Shown: positions 1 to 9,162 of the stretch, one piece after another
Position numbering within the stretch: the stretch's first letter is position 1
Layout of the letters: the number at the start of each line of letters is the position of its first letter
DNA from: an uncultured Candidatus Actinomarina sp.
Lineage (GTDB): Bacteria; Actinomycetota; Acidimicrobiia; Actinomarinales; Actinomarinaceae
DNA: 64,000 bases
Direction of reading: 5' to 3'
NCBI GenBank assembly: GCA_902619825.1
Contig: CACNFT010000001.1
Span: forward strand, 135,529 to 199,528
Position numbers and translations under genes: made by a program
The notes under the pieces: generated by a model
The model's input: only the letters and a program-made list of their open reading frames with translations
Told to the model about the DNA's origin: nothing
Databases searched by the model: none

Positions 1-2325
1 GTTTTTGATTTCTTCTTCTAGTTGTTGTTTATTCTCAAGTTCTTCCTCTAACTTGGATATTGAATTGTTAAAATCTTCAATGTGGCTTTGAAGAGAAGTT
101 CTTTCTAGTTTTTCTATTTCTAAATCTTTACTAATAGGTTCTAGTAGTTTTTTTAGGCTTTTCTTCTTAGAGTTCAGATCTGTAGTGAGACTATTGAGTT
201 CTAGATTTTGCTCTTCTAAATTTAATGTGTCTTGATTTAAATCACCTAAAAGATCTAATTGCTCTTCTAAATCTTCACTTTCCATAAAAGCTTTCGAAAC
301 TTTATATTTTTTTATTAACTCATCAGACGCTTTTTTAATTTCTGTGATGCCTTCTTTCTTTTTGCTTAATTCTTCTTCTAACTTGCTCTTTGAATCATTT
401 AAGGTGTTTAATTCCTCTTCTAAATCTAATAAGTCATCTAACTCATCAAAATAATAGGAGAAATCCGAGTCTTTAAGGGTTACTTCACCCAATTTATATT
501 TTTTTGAGATTGTCTCATTTTTCTTTAAAATATTCCTTACATCAGAGGTATATGTCTTTTCTTTGAGTTTTAAAATTTTGATTTCTTCTTCTATAGACTG
601 AAACTGTAATCTTGCTGTTAAATTTTTAACTAGACTCTCATAATCATCATGAATTAAAGACACCTTAGACATTATCAATGTCTCATTTTCCACAATAATA
701 TCTAATAGATCTTCTAATTTTTTTATATCTTTATAAGATTTATGAACTTTTTTAAATGTCTTTTGATTTTCTTCTAAAATGCTCTGGATAGATTCTGTAA
801 TTGAAAATATATCATCTCCTCTATAGTCGATGTGCTGTGTGTCGGCTTTGTCTTCATTCAATCTTTTTAGCTTTTTCTTTGTCTCATTAGCGTTTTGTTT
901 GATGTCAAGAATTTCTTTATTGAGTTTTTTCAACAACGTTTTATCTTTTGCGGTTATTTTTTCTTTTTTTAATTGAGCTATAGTCTGAGGAGAAAAGCCA
1001 CAACTATCTATTGACTCTTTAATTTCTTGTTTCTTGTTTTTTATATCGATTTTAAGTTCTGCTATTTCATCTACTAAAGGTTGTGAATCAAATTCATTTA
1101 TCTTGTTAGAAATTGTAAGTATTTTGTTTTTATCACTTTCTTTTAACTTAGTTTTTTTATAGTACGCAACACTTGTTTTTGTCAGATTTAACTCTTCTTC
1201 TATTTCCGTTAAGGCAGTTTTTAAACTTTCAACTTTATCTATTTGTAAAAGAACTTTTTCGTTTGCATTTTCATACTCATCAAATGCACTGAGATAGGTG
1301 TCTATTTCCAATTCTTTTAAATTGGTCTTTTTGACTCCACCAATCCTTTCATCACACTCTTCCAATTGGATTTTTAAATCTACTAGATTATTTCCCTTCA
1401 CTTCAACCTCTGAAATAGATTCATTCAAATTTTTATAATCTGATTCTATTTTTACGAGCTTATGGGTTTTATAAGAATTGGTCTTAATGTTTTTCTTTTG
1501 AAGAGAATTTAGTGAATCTAGTAATTCTCCAATATTTTCAATATGTTTTTGTTGAATTTGTATTTCTGTTTTTGTAGATTCCAGTTCACTAATTTTTGTA
1601 TTCAAGCTTACTATATCTTTCTTTAACTTAGCTATGTCCTCTTCATCATTTTTAGATAAATTATCTCTATTTTCTTTCTCTGTTTTTTCAAGGTCTTTTA
1701 GCCTATCGTTTACATCTTTTAAATTGTTTTGAAGCTCTCCAATTTTTGTTAGGTTTTTAGTTCTTGTTGCACTCTCTGTTTTATCTGTCAACTTAGTTGC
1801 ATACTCAGCATAAGACATAACAGCTTCTTCAACATTTTGAGACATTGAACCTGACGCTACGCTTATTAACTTTATTAAATCATTTCTTATGTTTTTATCT
1901 AACGAGATTGAACCTTGTATGTCTGAAATCATCTTTGTTGATGTAAAAAAGAAGTTTGAAAATAATCTTCGCATCTTCTCAACATCTTCTATTTGAGGAT
2001 ATATATTTTTTATCTGTTCATTAATATTTTTATCCCACTTACTTCTTGAAATTGATAGCTTGTCTCCATTGCTGTCAATATTTAAGATAACTCCTCCAGA
2101 TCCAATTTCTGTTCGTGACACTGCAGTTGGTCCGTCATAATCATATTGAAAATAGTGATCGCTTTTTGTGGGTATTCCAAAAAGCAAATGATAAAGAGAC
2201 TTCACAATAGATGATTTGCCAGAACCATTATCTCCAAGCAAAACATTTATATTAGGTTCGAATGAAATTGGCTTGAAGTCAACTAGGGCACCGTATTTTA
2301 GGATTGATAATTCTTCAAACTTCAT
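1..2325 (-). CDS. SbcC/Rad50-like ATPase, N-terminal 775 aa only; the gene continues past the window start
   Basis: Uninterrupted minus-strand frame from an ATG at 2325-2323 to the window edge; I spot-checked the translation at 1-60 and 1201-1260. The N-terminus MKFEELSILKYG...INVLLGDNGSGKSS has a Walker A motif. It is followed by hundreds of residues of K/E/L-rich coiled coil, as in SbcC. The start overlaps the sbcD stop (TAATG). Confidence 0.6.
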   Translation of the reverse strand, partial: MKFEELSILKYGALVDFKPISFEPNINVLLGDNGSGKSSIVKSLYHLLFGIPTKSDHYFQYDYDGPTAVSRTEIGSGGVILNIDSNGDKLSISRSKWDKNINEQIKNIYPQIEDVEKMRRLFSNFFFTSTKMISDIQGSISLDKNIRNDLIKLISVASGSMSQNVEEAVMSYAEYATKLTDKTESATRTKNLTKIGELQNNLKDVNDRLKDLEKTEKENRDNLSKNDEEDIAKLKKDIVSLNTKISELESTKTEIQIQQKHIENIGELLDSLNSLQKKNIKTNSYKTHKLVKIESDYKNLNESISEVEVKGNNLVDLKIQLEECDERIGGVKKTNLKELEIDTYLSAFDEYENANEKVLLQIDKVESLKTALTEIEEELNLTKTSVAYYKKTKLKESDKNKILTISNKINEFDSQPLVDEIAELKIDIKNKKQEIKESIDSCGFSPQTIAQLKKEKITAKDKTLLKKLNKEILDIKQNANETKKKLKRLNEDKADTQHIDYRGDDIFSITESIQSILEENQKTFKKVHKSYKDIKKLEDLLDIIVENETLIMSKVSLIHDDYESLVKNLTARLQFQSIEEEIKILKLKEKTYTSDVRNILKKNETISKKYKLGEVTLKDSDFSYYFDELDDLLDLEEELNTLNDSKSKLEEELSKKKEGITEIKKASDELIKKYKVSKAFMESEDLEEQLDLLGDLNQDTLNLEEQNLELNSLTTDLNSKKKSLKKLLEPISKDLEIEKLERTSLQSHIEDFNNSISKLEEELENKQQLEEEIKN

Positions 2326-3665
2326 TAATCATCCTTGTAACTTAAGCCGTTTATTATTCTTGAAGCTATTTTTATAGAATTGTTAATAATCTCTGAAGAC
2401 TCTTGCTCATCTATTTCGTCTGAAATAACTTTTTGTTCTGTAAGGGGAATCGATTTTGGCAAAATACCAAACTTTTTATTTAAATTTTTTTTAAATTCTT
2501 TTTTGGTTAAATGTTCAAAAACAGTCTCATTAATAAAGTTTTCTAAATCGTCTATATCTAGACCTTCTAGTTCTGTAACTATAGATTCAATTGCTTCTAG
2601 TGAGTCTTCTTTGGTGGAGGGTTTTAGTTTATTAATACATTTTATGATATTTAAATCTTCATATTCTAACTCCTCATTAAGACTTGTTAAGAGCTCTTCT
2701 TCTAAAATAAGGTTGTAATAGTCAGATTTTCCTTCTAATTCGACTGTTATCATCAAAAACTTACCTGGGTTTTCATTCTGAATTGATTCAATTTTTTTGA
2801 CAGTATTATTAACAATCTCACTTATGTCTTGATCTTTTTTGACTTCTGTTACTGCTGTAAAAAACCTAGCATCATCTAATGTCTTAAATGTTAACTCTGG
2901 TTCAAAATTTTTTACTTCAACTAAATAACACCCTTTTCCATCTGAAATATCATTACAAGTTTCTGACGGTTTAGTGCTTAGCCCCTGTGGATTTCCAGGG
3001 TAGACAGCTAAATATGGATCTTGAATGAGAATTTCTCTTTTGTGGATATGTCCAAATGCCCAGTAATTATATTCACATTTATCCAACATAGCTTTATTTG
3101 TCGGAGCATAGTTATGTGTTTCATCAAGCTTATATGTATTTTCATAACTTGTATGAATTAAACCAATGTTGAAGAAATCTCTGACTGGCTTTGGAAACTT
3201 TTCTACAAGTTTTTCTGTTACTACTTTTTTTGGGTAGCTTTGACCATGGATAGCTACTTTAAAATTATCAATAGTAAAAGTATCTGCATTTTTAGCTGGA
3301 AATACATAGGTGTTTTCAGGTAATTTTTTTGCTTCAAAAGATGTTAATAAATCAGAATCAACATCATGGTTTCCTAAAACAATGTAGATGTCAATATTTA
3401 ATTGGTCTAACTTTTTTAAAAAGTTTTTAAATTTTTTAAAATAATTGTCACTAGAGGGCATGTCGTCATCAAATGTATCTCCAGCGAGAAGAATGAAATC
3501 TGGTTCTTCTTCTTCGGCTAAAGCAACTAGATTGTCGAGAACCTTAATGGGAGAACGTCTTACTCGAATTTCTTGGTCAGGATCCAAAAAGCTATATTTT
3601 TTTGTTATTTCTCGCCCTATGTGTAGATCAGAAATGTGAATAAATTTAAATTCTTTACCCGCCAT
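2325..3665 (-). CDS. sbcD: SbcD/Mre11-family DNA repair nuclease (calcineurin-like phosphoesterase), 446 aa with an acidic C-terminal tail
   Basis: Phosphoesterase motifs I (HISDLHIG), II (LLAGDTFDD) and III (VLGNHD) are present. The gene sits immediately upstream of the SbcC-like ATPase and overlaps it. Confidence 0.75.
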   Translation of the reverse strand: MAGKEFKFIHISDLHIGREITKKYSFLDPDQEIRVRRSPIKVLDNLVALAEEEEPDFILLAGDTFDDDMPSSDNYFKKFKNFLKKLDQLNIDIYIVLGNHDVDSDLLTSFEAKKLPENTYVFPAKNADTFTIDNFKVAIHGQSYPKKVVTEKLVEKFPKPVRDFFNIGLIHTSYENTYKLDETHNYAPTNKAMLDKCEYNYWAFGHIHKREILIQDPYLAVYPGNPQGLSTKPSETCNDISDGKGCYLVEVKNFEPELTFKTLDDARFFTAVTEVKKDQDISEIVNNTVKKIESIQNENPGKFLMITVELEGKSDYYNLILEEELLTSLNEELEYEDLNIIKCINKLKPSTKEDSLEAIESIVTELEGLDIDDLENFINETVFEHLTKKEFKKNLNKKFGILPKSIPLTEQKVISDEIDEQESSEIINNSIKIASRIINGLSYKDD

Positions 3666-3733
3666 AAAGATATTGTAAGAAAAATTTTATTGATAAACAA
3701 TCTGTCTTACTAAATTCTTAAAATTAAAGTGTA

Positions 3734-4186
3734 ATGGTTAAGATAGAGACAAGAATTCAACTAGCAATTAAAGAGATTCTTGAAGAAGAAACCTGGAAAC
3801 ATCTGAAATCAAATAATAATTTCGACAAAGTGTTATCTATTGCTTCATTGATTAAACCTTTTGATGAAGGTCCTGATGTGTGTTATGAAGACTGCAATGG
3901 CATGTGTTTTGGTTGTTACGATGGCTATAAATACTCTCTTGATTGGAGAGCAAGTTATAACCTCCGAGAAAAAAAGCCTTTTAGTTTAATAACAGATCAC
4001 GAACTAGATATGTTAATTGATGCAATAGACGATAAGGTACACACATGTGATGAGTGGTGTTCAGATTTTATCTGTTACAAATATGAAGCTACAAATTGTA
4101 AGACTTGGTACTGTGAGAACTTATTTCTTAAAGAAAAAAAGAATATTAAATACTGTTCTAACTGTAGAGGACTTGCTCATATCTAA
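3734..4186 (+). CDS. Hypothetical Cys-rich protein, 150 aa (16 Cys, several CxxC/CxxxC clusters)
   Basis: Complete ORF with Cys clusters CYEDCNGMCFGCYDGY, HTCDEWCSDFICY and YCSNCRG. I recognise no family. Confidence 0.5.
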   Translation: MVKIETRIQLAIKEILEEETWKHLKSNNNFDKVLSIASLIKPFDEGPDVCYEDCNGMCFGCYDGYKYSLDWRASYNLREKKPFSLITDHELDMLIDAIDDKVHTCDEWCSDFICYKYEATNCKTWYCENLFLKEKKNIKYCSNCRGLAHI

Positions 4187-4187
4187 A

Positions 4188-5216
4188 TTAGACTTTTGTT
4201 AGCGAAGAAGAATATTTGCTTTCTAACGCAATTTTTATTTTTGATCCTATAAGTTTCATTAATGGAACAGTCACTGCATTACCTGCTTGTTTGTATAGTT
4301 GACCATCTGCAACATCAGTAGGCAATTTAAAAGACTTGGGGAATCCTTGAAAATTAAAACACTCTTTCGGAGTTAATTTTCTAAATCCCTTGTCATCAAT
4401 AACTAGTGGTACATTGTGACCACCAGTACCCATGTTTGCAGTCAATGTAAACATTTCATTACTTTGATTCTCTCTTACATAAATTCTTCGCCATTGATAT
4501 GCTGTTTCAGGATTTTTCATAGTTGCTTTTAATTCTTTATACATATACTTATCTGGCCCATAGTAATATTTTTCATCGACATCAGTTTCAAGCAGATCTC
4601 GAATACTTCTATTCCTTTTTCTGTTTTTAGGAGGATATACCGCATCAAAGTTAGCACTGGCTAATGGAAACTCACGATCTTTTCTTTCTTCCCAGTCAAC
4701 TTCATCCCTGAAGCCAACGATAATTGTTCTTTCTCTGTTTTGAGGAATATTGGTTAACTCTGAAGTGTTTAAGATATTCCAAAAAACTGAATACCCCAAT
4801 ACCCTTAAAGTGTCTTTAATGACTTCTGCTGTCTTACCTTTATCATGACTGGAAAGCCCTTTTACATTTTCTAACATGATTGCTTTTGGTGGTGTGTCTA
4901 ATTCTTCAATTAATCTGGCTATTTCAAAAAATAAATTACCTCTAGGATCCCTAAACCCTTTTCTGTATCCAGCAACAGAGAACGCTTGGCAGGGAAAACC
5001 ACCAACAAGAACATCTACTGGCTCAAGATCTTTTCCTTGGAGTAAATGAACATCATCTTCAATTAAATGTTTTCCATGATTTAACCTATAAGTTTTAGAA
5101 GAATACTTATCAAACTCATTTGCCCATGTAGTTTTAAATCCAGCCTGTTGAAATCCTAATTCAATTCCACCAACACCAGAAAATAGTCCACCAACTGAAA
5201 ATTTTTCCATAGGCAA
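4188..5216 (-). CDS. DNA (cytosine-5)-methyltransferase
   Basis: C5-MTase motifs are all present: I FSGVGG, IV GFPCQ, VI ENV, VIII QNRERTIIVGF, X GNAVTVP. At 342 aa it has the size of small type II m5C methylases. Confidence 0.85.
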   Translation of the reverse strand: MPMEKFSVGGLFSGVGGIELGFQQAGFKTTWANEFDKYSSKTYRLNHGKHLIEDDVHLLQGKDLEPVDVLVGGFPCQAFSVAGYRKGFRDPRGNLFFEIARLIEELDTPPKAIMLENVKGLSSHDKGKTAEVIKDTLRVLGYSVFWNILNTSELTNIPQNRERTIIVGFRDEVDWEERKDREFPLASANFDAVYPPKNRKRNRSIRDLLETDVDEKYYYGPDKYMYKELKATMKNPETAYQWRRIYVRENQSNEMFTLTANMGTGGHNVPLVIDDKGFRKLTPKECFNFQGFPKSFKLPTDVADGQLYKQAGNAVTVPLMKLIGSKIKIALESKYSSSLTKV

Positions 5217-5258
5217 AGTTTAGTGACACACTCAGACAAAAAATAATATACTGACTAT

Positions 5259-5846
5259 ATGATTGAGAAAGAAATTTCTTTAATTAGAAGTGGGAAGCTT
5301 GTTTTTAAAGGCCATAGATACGAAGATTTTGAAAGTGAGAAGTTTGCTGAATTATTTTTCTCTTGGATGCAATATAAAGAATCAGGAACTTTTGTAAAAC
5401 AAAGAGCAAATATACCAGAAGGATTAACTGAAGGCCTAGTAGCCAAAGATATACCCAATGTATTCAGAAAGATTGAAATTGTAAATAATCGTGATAGACA
5501 GCCATCCAAATTTGATTGTTACAATATTGATTCAGATGAAATAATTGAGGTTAAAGCGTGTTCTGTTCCTAATGATTTAACTAGCTGGAGCCCTAAACCT
5601 TATTTTGATAAACTGTATTTTGTTGATTTTTCTTCTTTGGATGGAAGTTACAAAATTTACAAAATTGACATCAATGGTGAGGAAATAAAAGAAATTAAAG
5701 TTAGTGAGAATGAAACATTTGGAGATCAGGTTAGTAATCAAAGAAGACCTCGCTTCAGTGTATTTGATACTTTCATAAGACCTAGGTACAAATGTTCTGG
5801 CGTTCCTGTTTTTGAGGATGATTTAAAAAAATATCTAAAAATTTAG
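5259..5846 (+). CDS. Hypothetical protein, 195 aa; candidate cognate restriction endonuclease of the adjacent MTase
   Basis: It is divergent from the C5-MTase across a 42-bp gap. It contains a DSDEIIEVK segment compatible with a (D/E)xK nuclease motif, but I recognise no family. The call is positional inference. Confidence 0.4.
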   Translation: MIEKEISLIRSGKLVFKGHRYEDFESEKFAELFFSWMQYKESGTFVKQRANIPEGLTEGLVAKDIPNVFRKIEIVNNRDRQPSKFDCYNIDSDEIIEVKACSVPNDLTSWSPKPYFDKLYFVDFSSLDGSYKIYKIDINGEEIKEIKVSENETFGDQVSNQRRPRFSVFDTFIRPRYKCSGVPVFEDDLKKYLKI

Positions 5847-6038
5847 TGACTTTTTAGGTGGTAGATAGTGGATGGCTTACAACAGTATTTAGATAACAAC
5901 CCACAACTAAAAGAATATGTAAAAGATGGTGTAATACTTTGGGATAAACTTGGTGTCGATATTGACGAAGAAAGAAAACAACCTGATTATGATGATGACT
6001 TGACTTTGTTTATGATTATGACTGTATTTCTATAATTT

Positions 6039-6566
6039 TCATCCAAAATAATCCTTGTCTCTTGGAGTTAAGGGTGCTCCGTATTGTCTATAAGGTGCTG
6101 CGTCTTCAATTCTTTTTTCACGCGCAATTCTCTCTTTATTAGTTTCTTTTAGATTCGTATCCTTATAATTCTTGATTTTCTCGAACTCTAAATTAAAAAA
6201 TTCTAATTTTTTACTAAGTTCATCTTTATCAATTCTAAAGTCAATTTGTCCTCCCTGAATCTCATCTAAAGTAAGCTCGACAAGTTTTTTTAGTTTTCTA
6301 AGTAAGCGAAGAAATTTTCTATCTGTAGATGTTGTTTTAAGTTGCTCAATCTCAGCTAACCTATTTAATAACTCATTTACAATCTTTTTTAAACTGGCTT
6401 CTTGAATAATTTCCATATCTGTCATGTTTTTTCCATGCTTGATAAGATTTTCCTGTCTTTCAAAATTCTCAACAGATTGTTTTTCTCGAATTAATCTCTC
6501 TTTATCTGTTTCACGGATACCAGTTTCTAACCAGTTTTTCATTTTCTCTTTTTTATTTTCATCCAT
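6039..6566 (-). CDS. Hypothetical coiled-coil protein, 175 aa
   Basis: Complete ORF that is K/E/L-rich with heptad-like periodicity, divergent from the Hsp70-like cassette. Confidence 0.5.
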   Translation of the reverse strand: MDENKKEKMKNWLETGIRETDKERLIREKQSVENFERQENLIKHGKNMTDMEIIQEASLKKIVNELLNRLAEIEQLKTTSTDRKFLRLLRKLKKLVELTLDEIQGGQIDFRIDKDELSKKLEFFNLEFEKIKNYKDTNLKETNKERIAREKRIEDAAPYRQYGAPLTPRDKDYFG

Positions 6567-6591
6567 AATTGCTGCCTATTAATATTTAATT

Positions 6592-6903
6592 ATGGTCATG
6601 AAAAGTAAAACAAAAAAGTTAAAAATAGATTTTAAAAATATTGAGACAGACCTTTTAAAAATCAACAAAAGTATCTGCGATCTTTACCAAAAAATAGAAC
6701 ACCTTGATAAAGAAGAGCTTAAGGATGAGATAAAGAATTTGTTAGAATCCGCTGAAATAAATATTGTCAATAATACTGAAGGGTACGATAACTGTTTTAT
6801 AACATCAAACGGTGCTGAAAATAAAGTTAACAGACCGGCATTTGTTGATAAATATGGGAATTGTCTAGTGCAGGGATATAGAGAAGTGAAGAAAAAAGAG
6901 TAA
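6592..6903 (+). CDS. Hypothetical protein, 103 aa, first gene of the Hsp70-like cassette
   Basis: Complete ORF whose stop lies 5 nt before the start of the downstream Hsp70-family gene. Confidence 0.45.
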   Translation: MVMKSKTKKLKIDFKNIETDLLKINKSICDLYQKIEHLDKEELKDEIKNLLESAEINIVNNTEGYDNCFITSNGAENKVNRPAFVDKYGNCLVQGYREVKKKE

Positions 6904-6908
6904 CATCT

Positions 6909-9158
6909 ATGGGTAAACAAGCCTTAGGATTTGACTTTGGTACTTCAAACTGCACCGTATCAATTTTTGACTCAGATAAAGGGGTGGTCGAAACACTTCC
7001 TATCTCCAATTACTCAGAGTCAAAAAAAAGAAGCTTAGCTAATCAATCATTATTTCCTTCAAAAGTTGGTCTTAATGATGATTTTGAATATGTATTTGGT
7101 GATGAAACAAAAAAATGTGAGAGAGATTTTGTATGGGATAACTCTAAAAGGCTGTTGGAACACAATACTCCAATTTATAGAGGAGGAGTTCACAAAAAAC
7201 CTATTTGGGTTGCAATAGGAATAATGGCTGGAATTTTTAAGGAACTCAAAAACCTATCAGTAAAAACCTCTTCTCCTATGGTTATAACAGTTCCAGCTAA
7301 CTCATACAGTACACAAAGAAGCCTTACGAGATTAGCTGCTGAATCATTTAGCTTTAATGTAGACCAATTAGTTTCTGAGCCTTGTGCGGCCGCTTTAGGA
7401 TGTTATGAGTATATTGATAAATTAAAACACATTCTAATTGTAGATGTTGGTGGTGGAACAACAGATATAGCTTTGATAGAAAATGATTTTGGAACACTAA
7501 AAGAAATAGCAATTGAAGGCTTGAAACGATTTGGTGGTATAAATATTGATCAAAAAATGTATGAGAAATATAAAGTTGACTTCGAATTGTCAACTGATTC
7601 AGAAAAATTACTTTTCAGGGATTTACTAGAAGATGTAAAAATAGAATTATCTTCCAAGAAAAAGTCTAAATTAATTTATAAAGATCAGGTAGTTGAAATT
7701 ACAAGAGAAAGTGTTGAAAAATTAATAAAAAAAGATATTGAAAGTTTAGATAAAACAATTGATAAGGTTTTAAAAAAAGGAAAAGTTGAGATAAAGAACA
7801 TTGAGGCTGTTTTACCTATCGGGGGCTCTTCTAATATTCCTGCAATTAGAGAACACCTGAAAAAAAAGTTTAAATCTAGATTAATAAATCTTGATTTTGA
7901 TGAATCAATAACTGCAGTTGCAAAAGGTGCTGGAATAGCATCAGCTATAAATGCAAAGATTATAAAAGATCTAAACTTTAAACAATGTTTAGAACATAGT
8001 GTGGGTCTTAGAATTTGGAGTGGCACTAAAGAAAATAAAATTTTTAAACCGATGCTAGAAAAAGGGTCTGTATTTCCAGCGTCTGCAGTGCAAACCTTTA
8101 TCGCCGATACAGATGAATCTATAGTTGCTTTGTATGAAAGTACTTCAGGTAAATTAATAAGCAATGATACAAAGTTAATTATTGAAAAAAGAATTAAAAC
8201 TGGTGTTATGCATGTTGATGTTGAACTCACTTATGATGATGATGGAAAAATAGACATCAAAACATATAACATAAATAGAGGAGAGTGGGGAAAGTTAGGT
8301 GACCTAGGTGATAGTAGTAAGGACTCTCAAAGTTATATAAAAAATTTACGATCAAAATCCCGAGAACAAGGAATGAATCTAAGGATTGACAGTATCAATT
8401 ATATAGATTCACAATTAAATCAAAAAAAATTAAAAGAATGGTCAAACGAGTTCTTAGGAAAGTACAAAAAATACAAAAAAGTATCGGAAAAAGTAAAGAG
8501 CATTTTTAGTAAAGAAGTCAAAGATGAATTTATCTCTGTTAATAATGAGGATCTCTCGAATGTTGTTGTTGAAATTAGCTCAGAGGCAGAGTTTGGAAGT
8601 ACTAATGACGCATTTATGTATGCTGAAGGTGTTTTAAAACGTACTTTAAGAATTGTCTTTTCAATTGCAGGATACGAAAAAAAAGGTCATTTCAAAAGTA
8701 TTCATGACTTGTTAAGTGAATGTGATGTAGTTTATAAAACAAGACAAAAGTTATTGCCAGAACAGCCCCTTGATGACATAAGATGGTTAATTAAAGTTCT
8801 ACAAAGATCAAGATATTTAACTAATTTAGGACATATTAACACTGATGAATTAAGAAGTGATCTTGACTCATTGAGAACAATTTTAAATAAATATAGTCAT
8901 GGAGTTAGGTCTAGTTTTTTTTCAGAAGTATTCAATGATTCCTTAGATGAATACGACTCACTTATAGAAAGTAACATACTAGATGAAGTCTACAAAGAAT
9001 CTAAATATTCTGCACAAGATGTAGTTTTGATTTCTTCGAACATAGCTTCGTTAATATCATCTTTAATAAACACAAAGGTTTATATAGGCACAGATAGAGA
9101 CAACCTTATCAAAATGTTAGAAAGTATGTACACTTTGGTACAAACATATAAAGAGTAA
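6909..9158 (+). CDS. Non-canonical Hsp70-family (actin-like ATPase) protein, 749 aa, with an extra C-terminal helical domain
   Basis: Hsp70 motifs are present: phosphate-1 GFDFGTSNCTVS, phosphate-2 IVDVGGGTTDIALIE, adenosine PIGGSSNIPAIREHL. The ~370-470 segment resembles the substrate-binding beta-sandwich. The last ~280 aa form a helical domain unlike the DnaK lid, and there is no EEVD motif. Confidence 0.75.
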   Translation: MGKQALGFDFGTSNCTVSIFDSDKGVVETLPISNYSESKKRSLANQSLFPSKVGLNDDFEYVFGDETKKCERDFVWDNSKRLLEHNTPIYRGGVHKKPIWVAIGIMAGIFKELKNLSVKTSSPMVITVPANSYSTQRSLTRLAAESFSFNVDQLVSEPCAAALGCYEYIDKLKHILIVDVGGGTTDIALIENDFGTLKEIAIEGLKRFGGINIDQKMYEKYKVDFELSTDSEKLLFRDLLEDVKIELSSKKKSKLIYKDQVVEITRESVEKLIKKDIESLDKTIDKVLKKGKVEIKNIEAVLPIGGSSNIPAIREHLKKKFKSRLINLDFDESITAVAKGAGIASAINAKIIKDLNFKQCLEHSVGLRIWSGTKENKIFKPMLEKGSVFPASAVQTFIADTDESIVALYESTSGKLISNDTKLIIEKRIKTGVMHVDVELTYDDDGKIDIKTYNINRGEWGKLGDLGDSSKDSQSYIKNLRSKSREQGMNLRIDSINYIDSQLNQKKLKEWSNEFLGKYKKYKKVSEKVKSIFSKEVKDEFISVNNEDLSNVVVEISSEAEFGSTNDAFMYAEGVLKRTLRIVFSIAGYEKKGHFKSIHDLLSECDVVYKTRQKLLPEQPLDDIRWLIKVLQRSRYLTNLGHINTDELRSDLDSLRTILNKYSHGVRSSFFSEVFNDSLDEYDSLIESNILDEVYKESKYSAQDVVLISSNIASLISSLINTKVYIGTDRDNLIKMLESMYTLVQTYKE

Positions 9159-9162
9159 AAAA

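Noticed and set aside
5255-5509. 84-aa minus-strand ORF overlapping the candidate REase start
   Set aside because: The plus-strand 195-aa ORF is longer and positionally sensible; the minus ORF is hydrophobic low-complexity.
5868-6035. Possible 55-aa GTG-initiated ORF (VDGLQQYLDNNPQLKEYVKDGVILWDKLGV...) in the gap after the 195-aa gene
   Set aside because: It has no ATG and no RBS, is short and has no family. I cannot distinguish it from chance in an AT-rich spacer.
7354-8230. Minus-strand ORFs (79 aa, 181 aa) inside the Hsp70-like gene
   Set aside because: They sit entirely within a motif-supported CDS on the other strand, with hydrophobic low-complexity translation.
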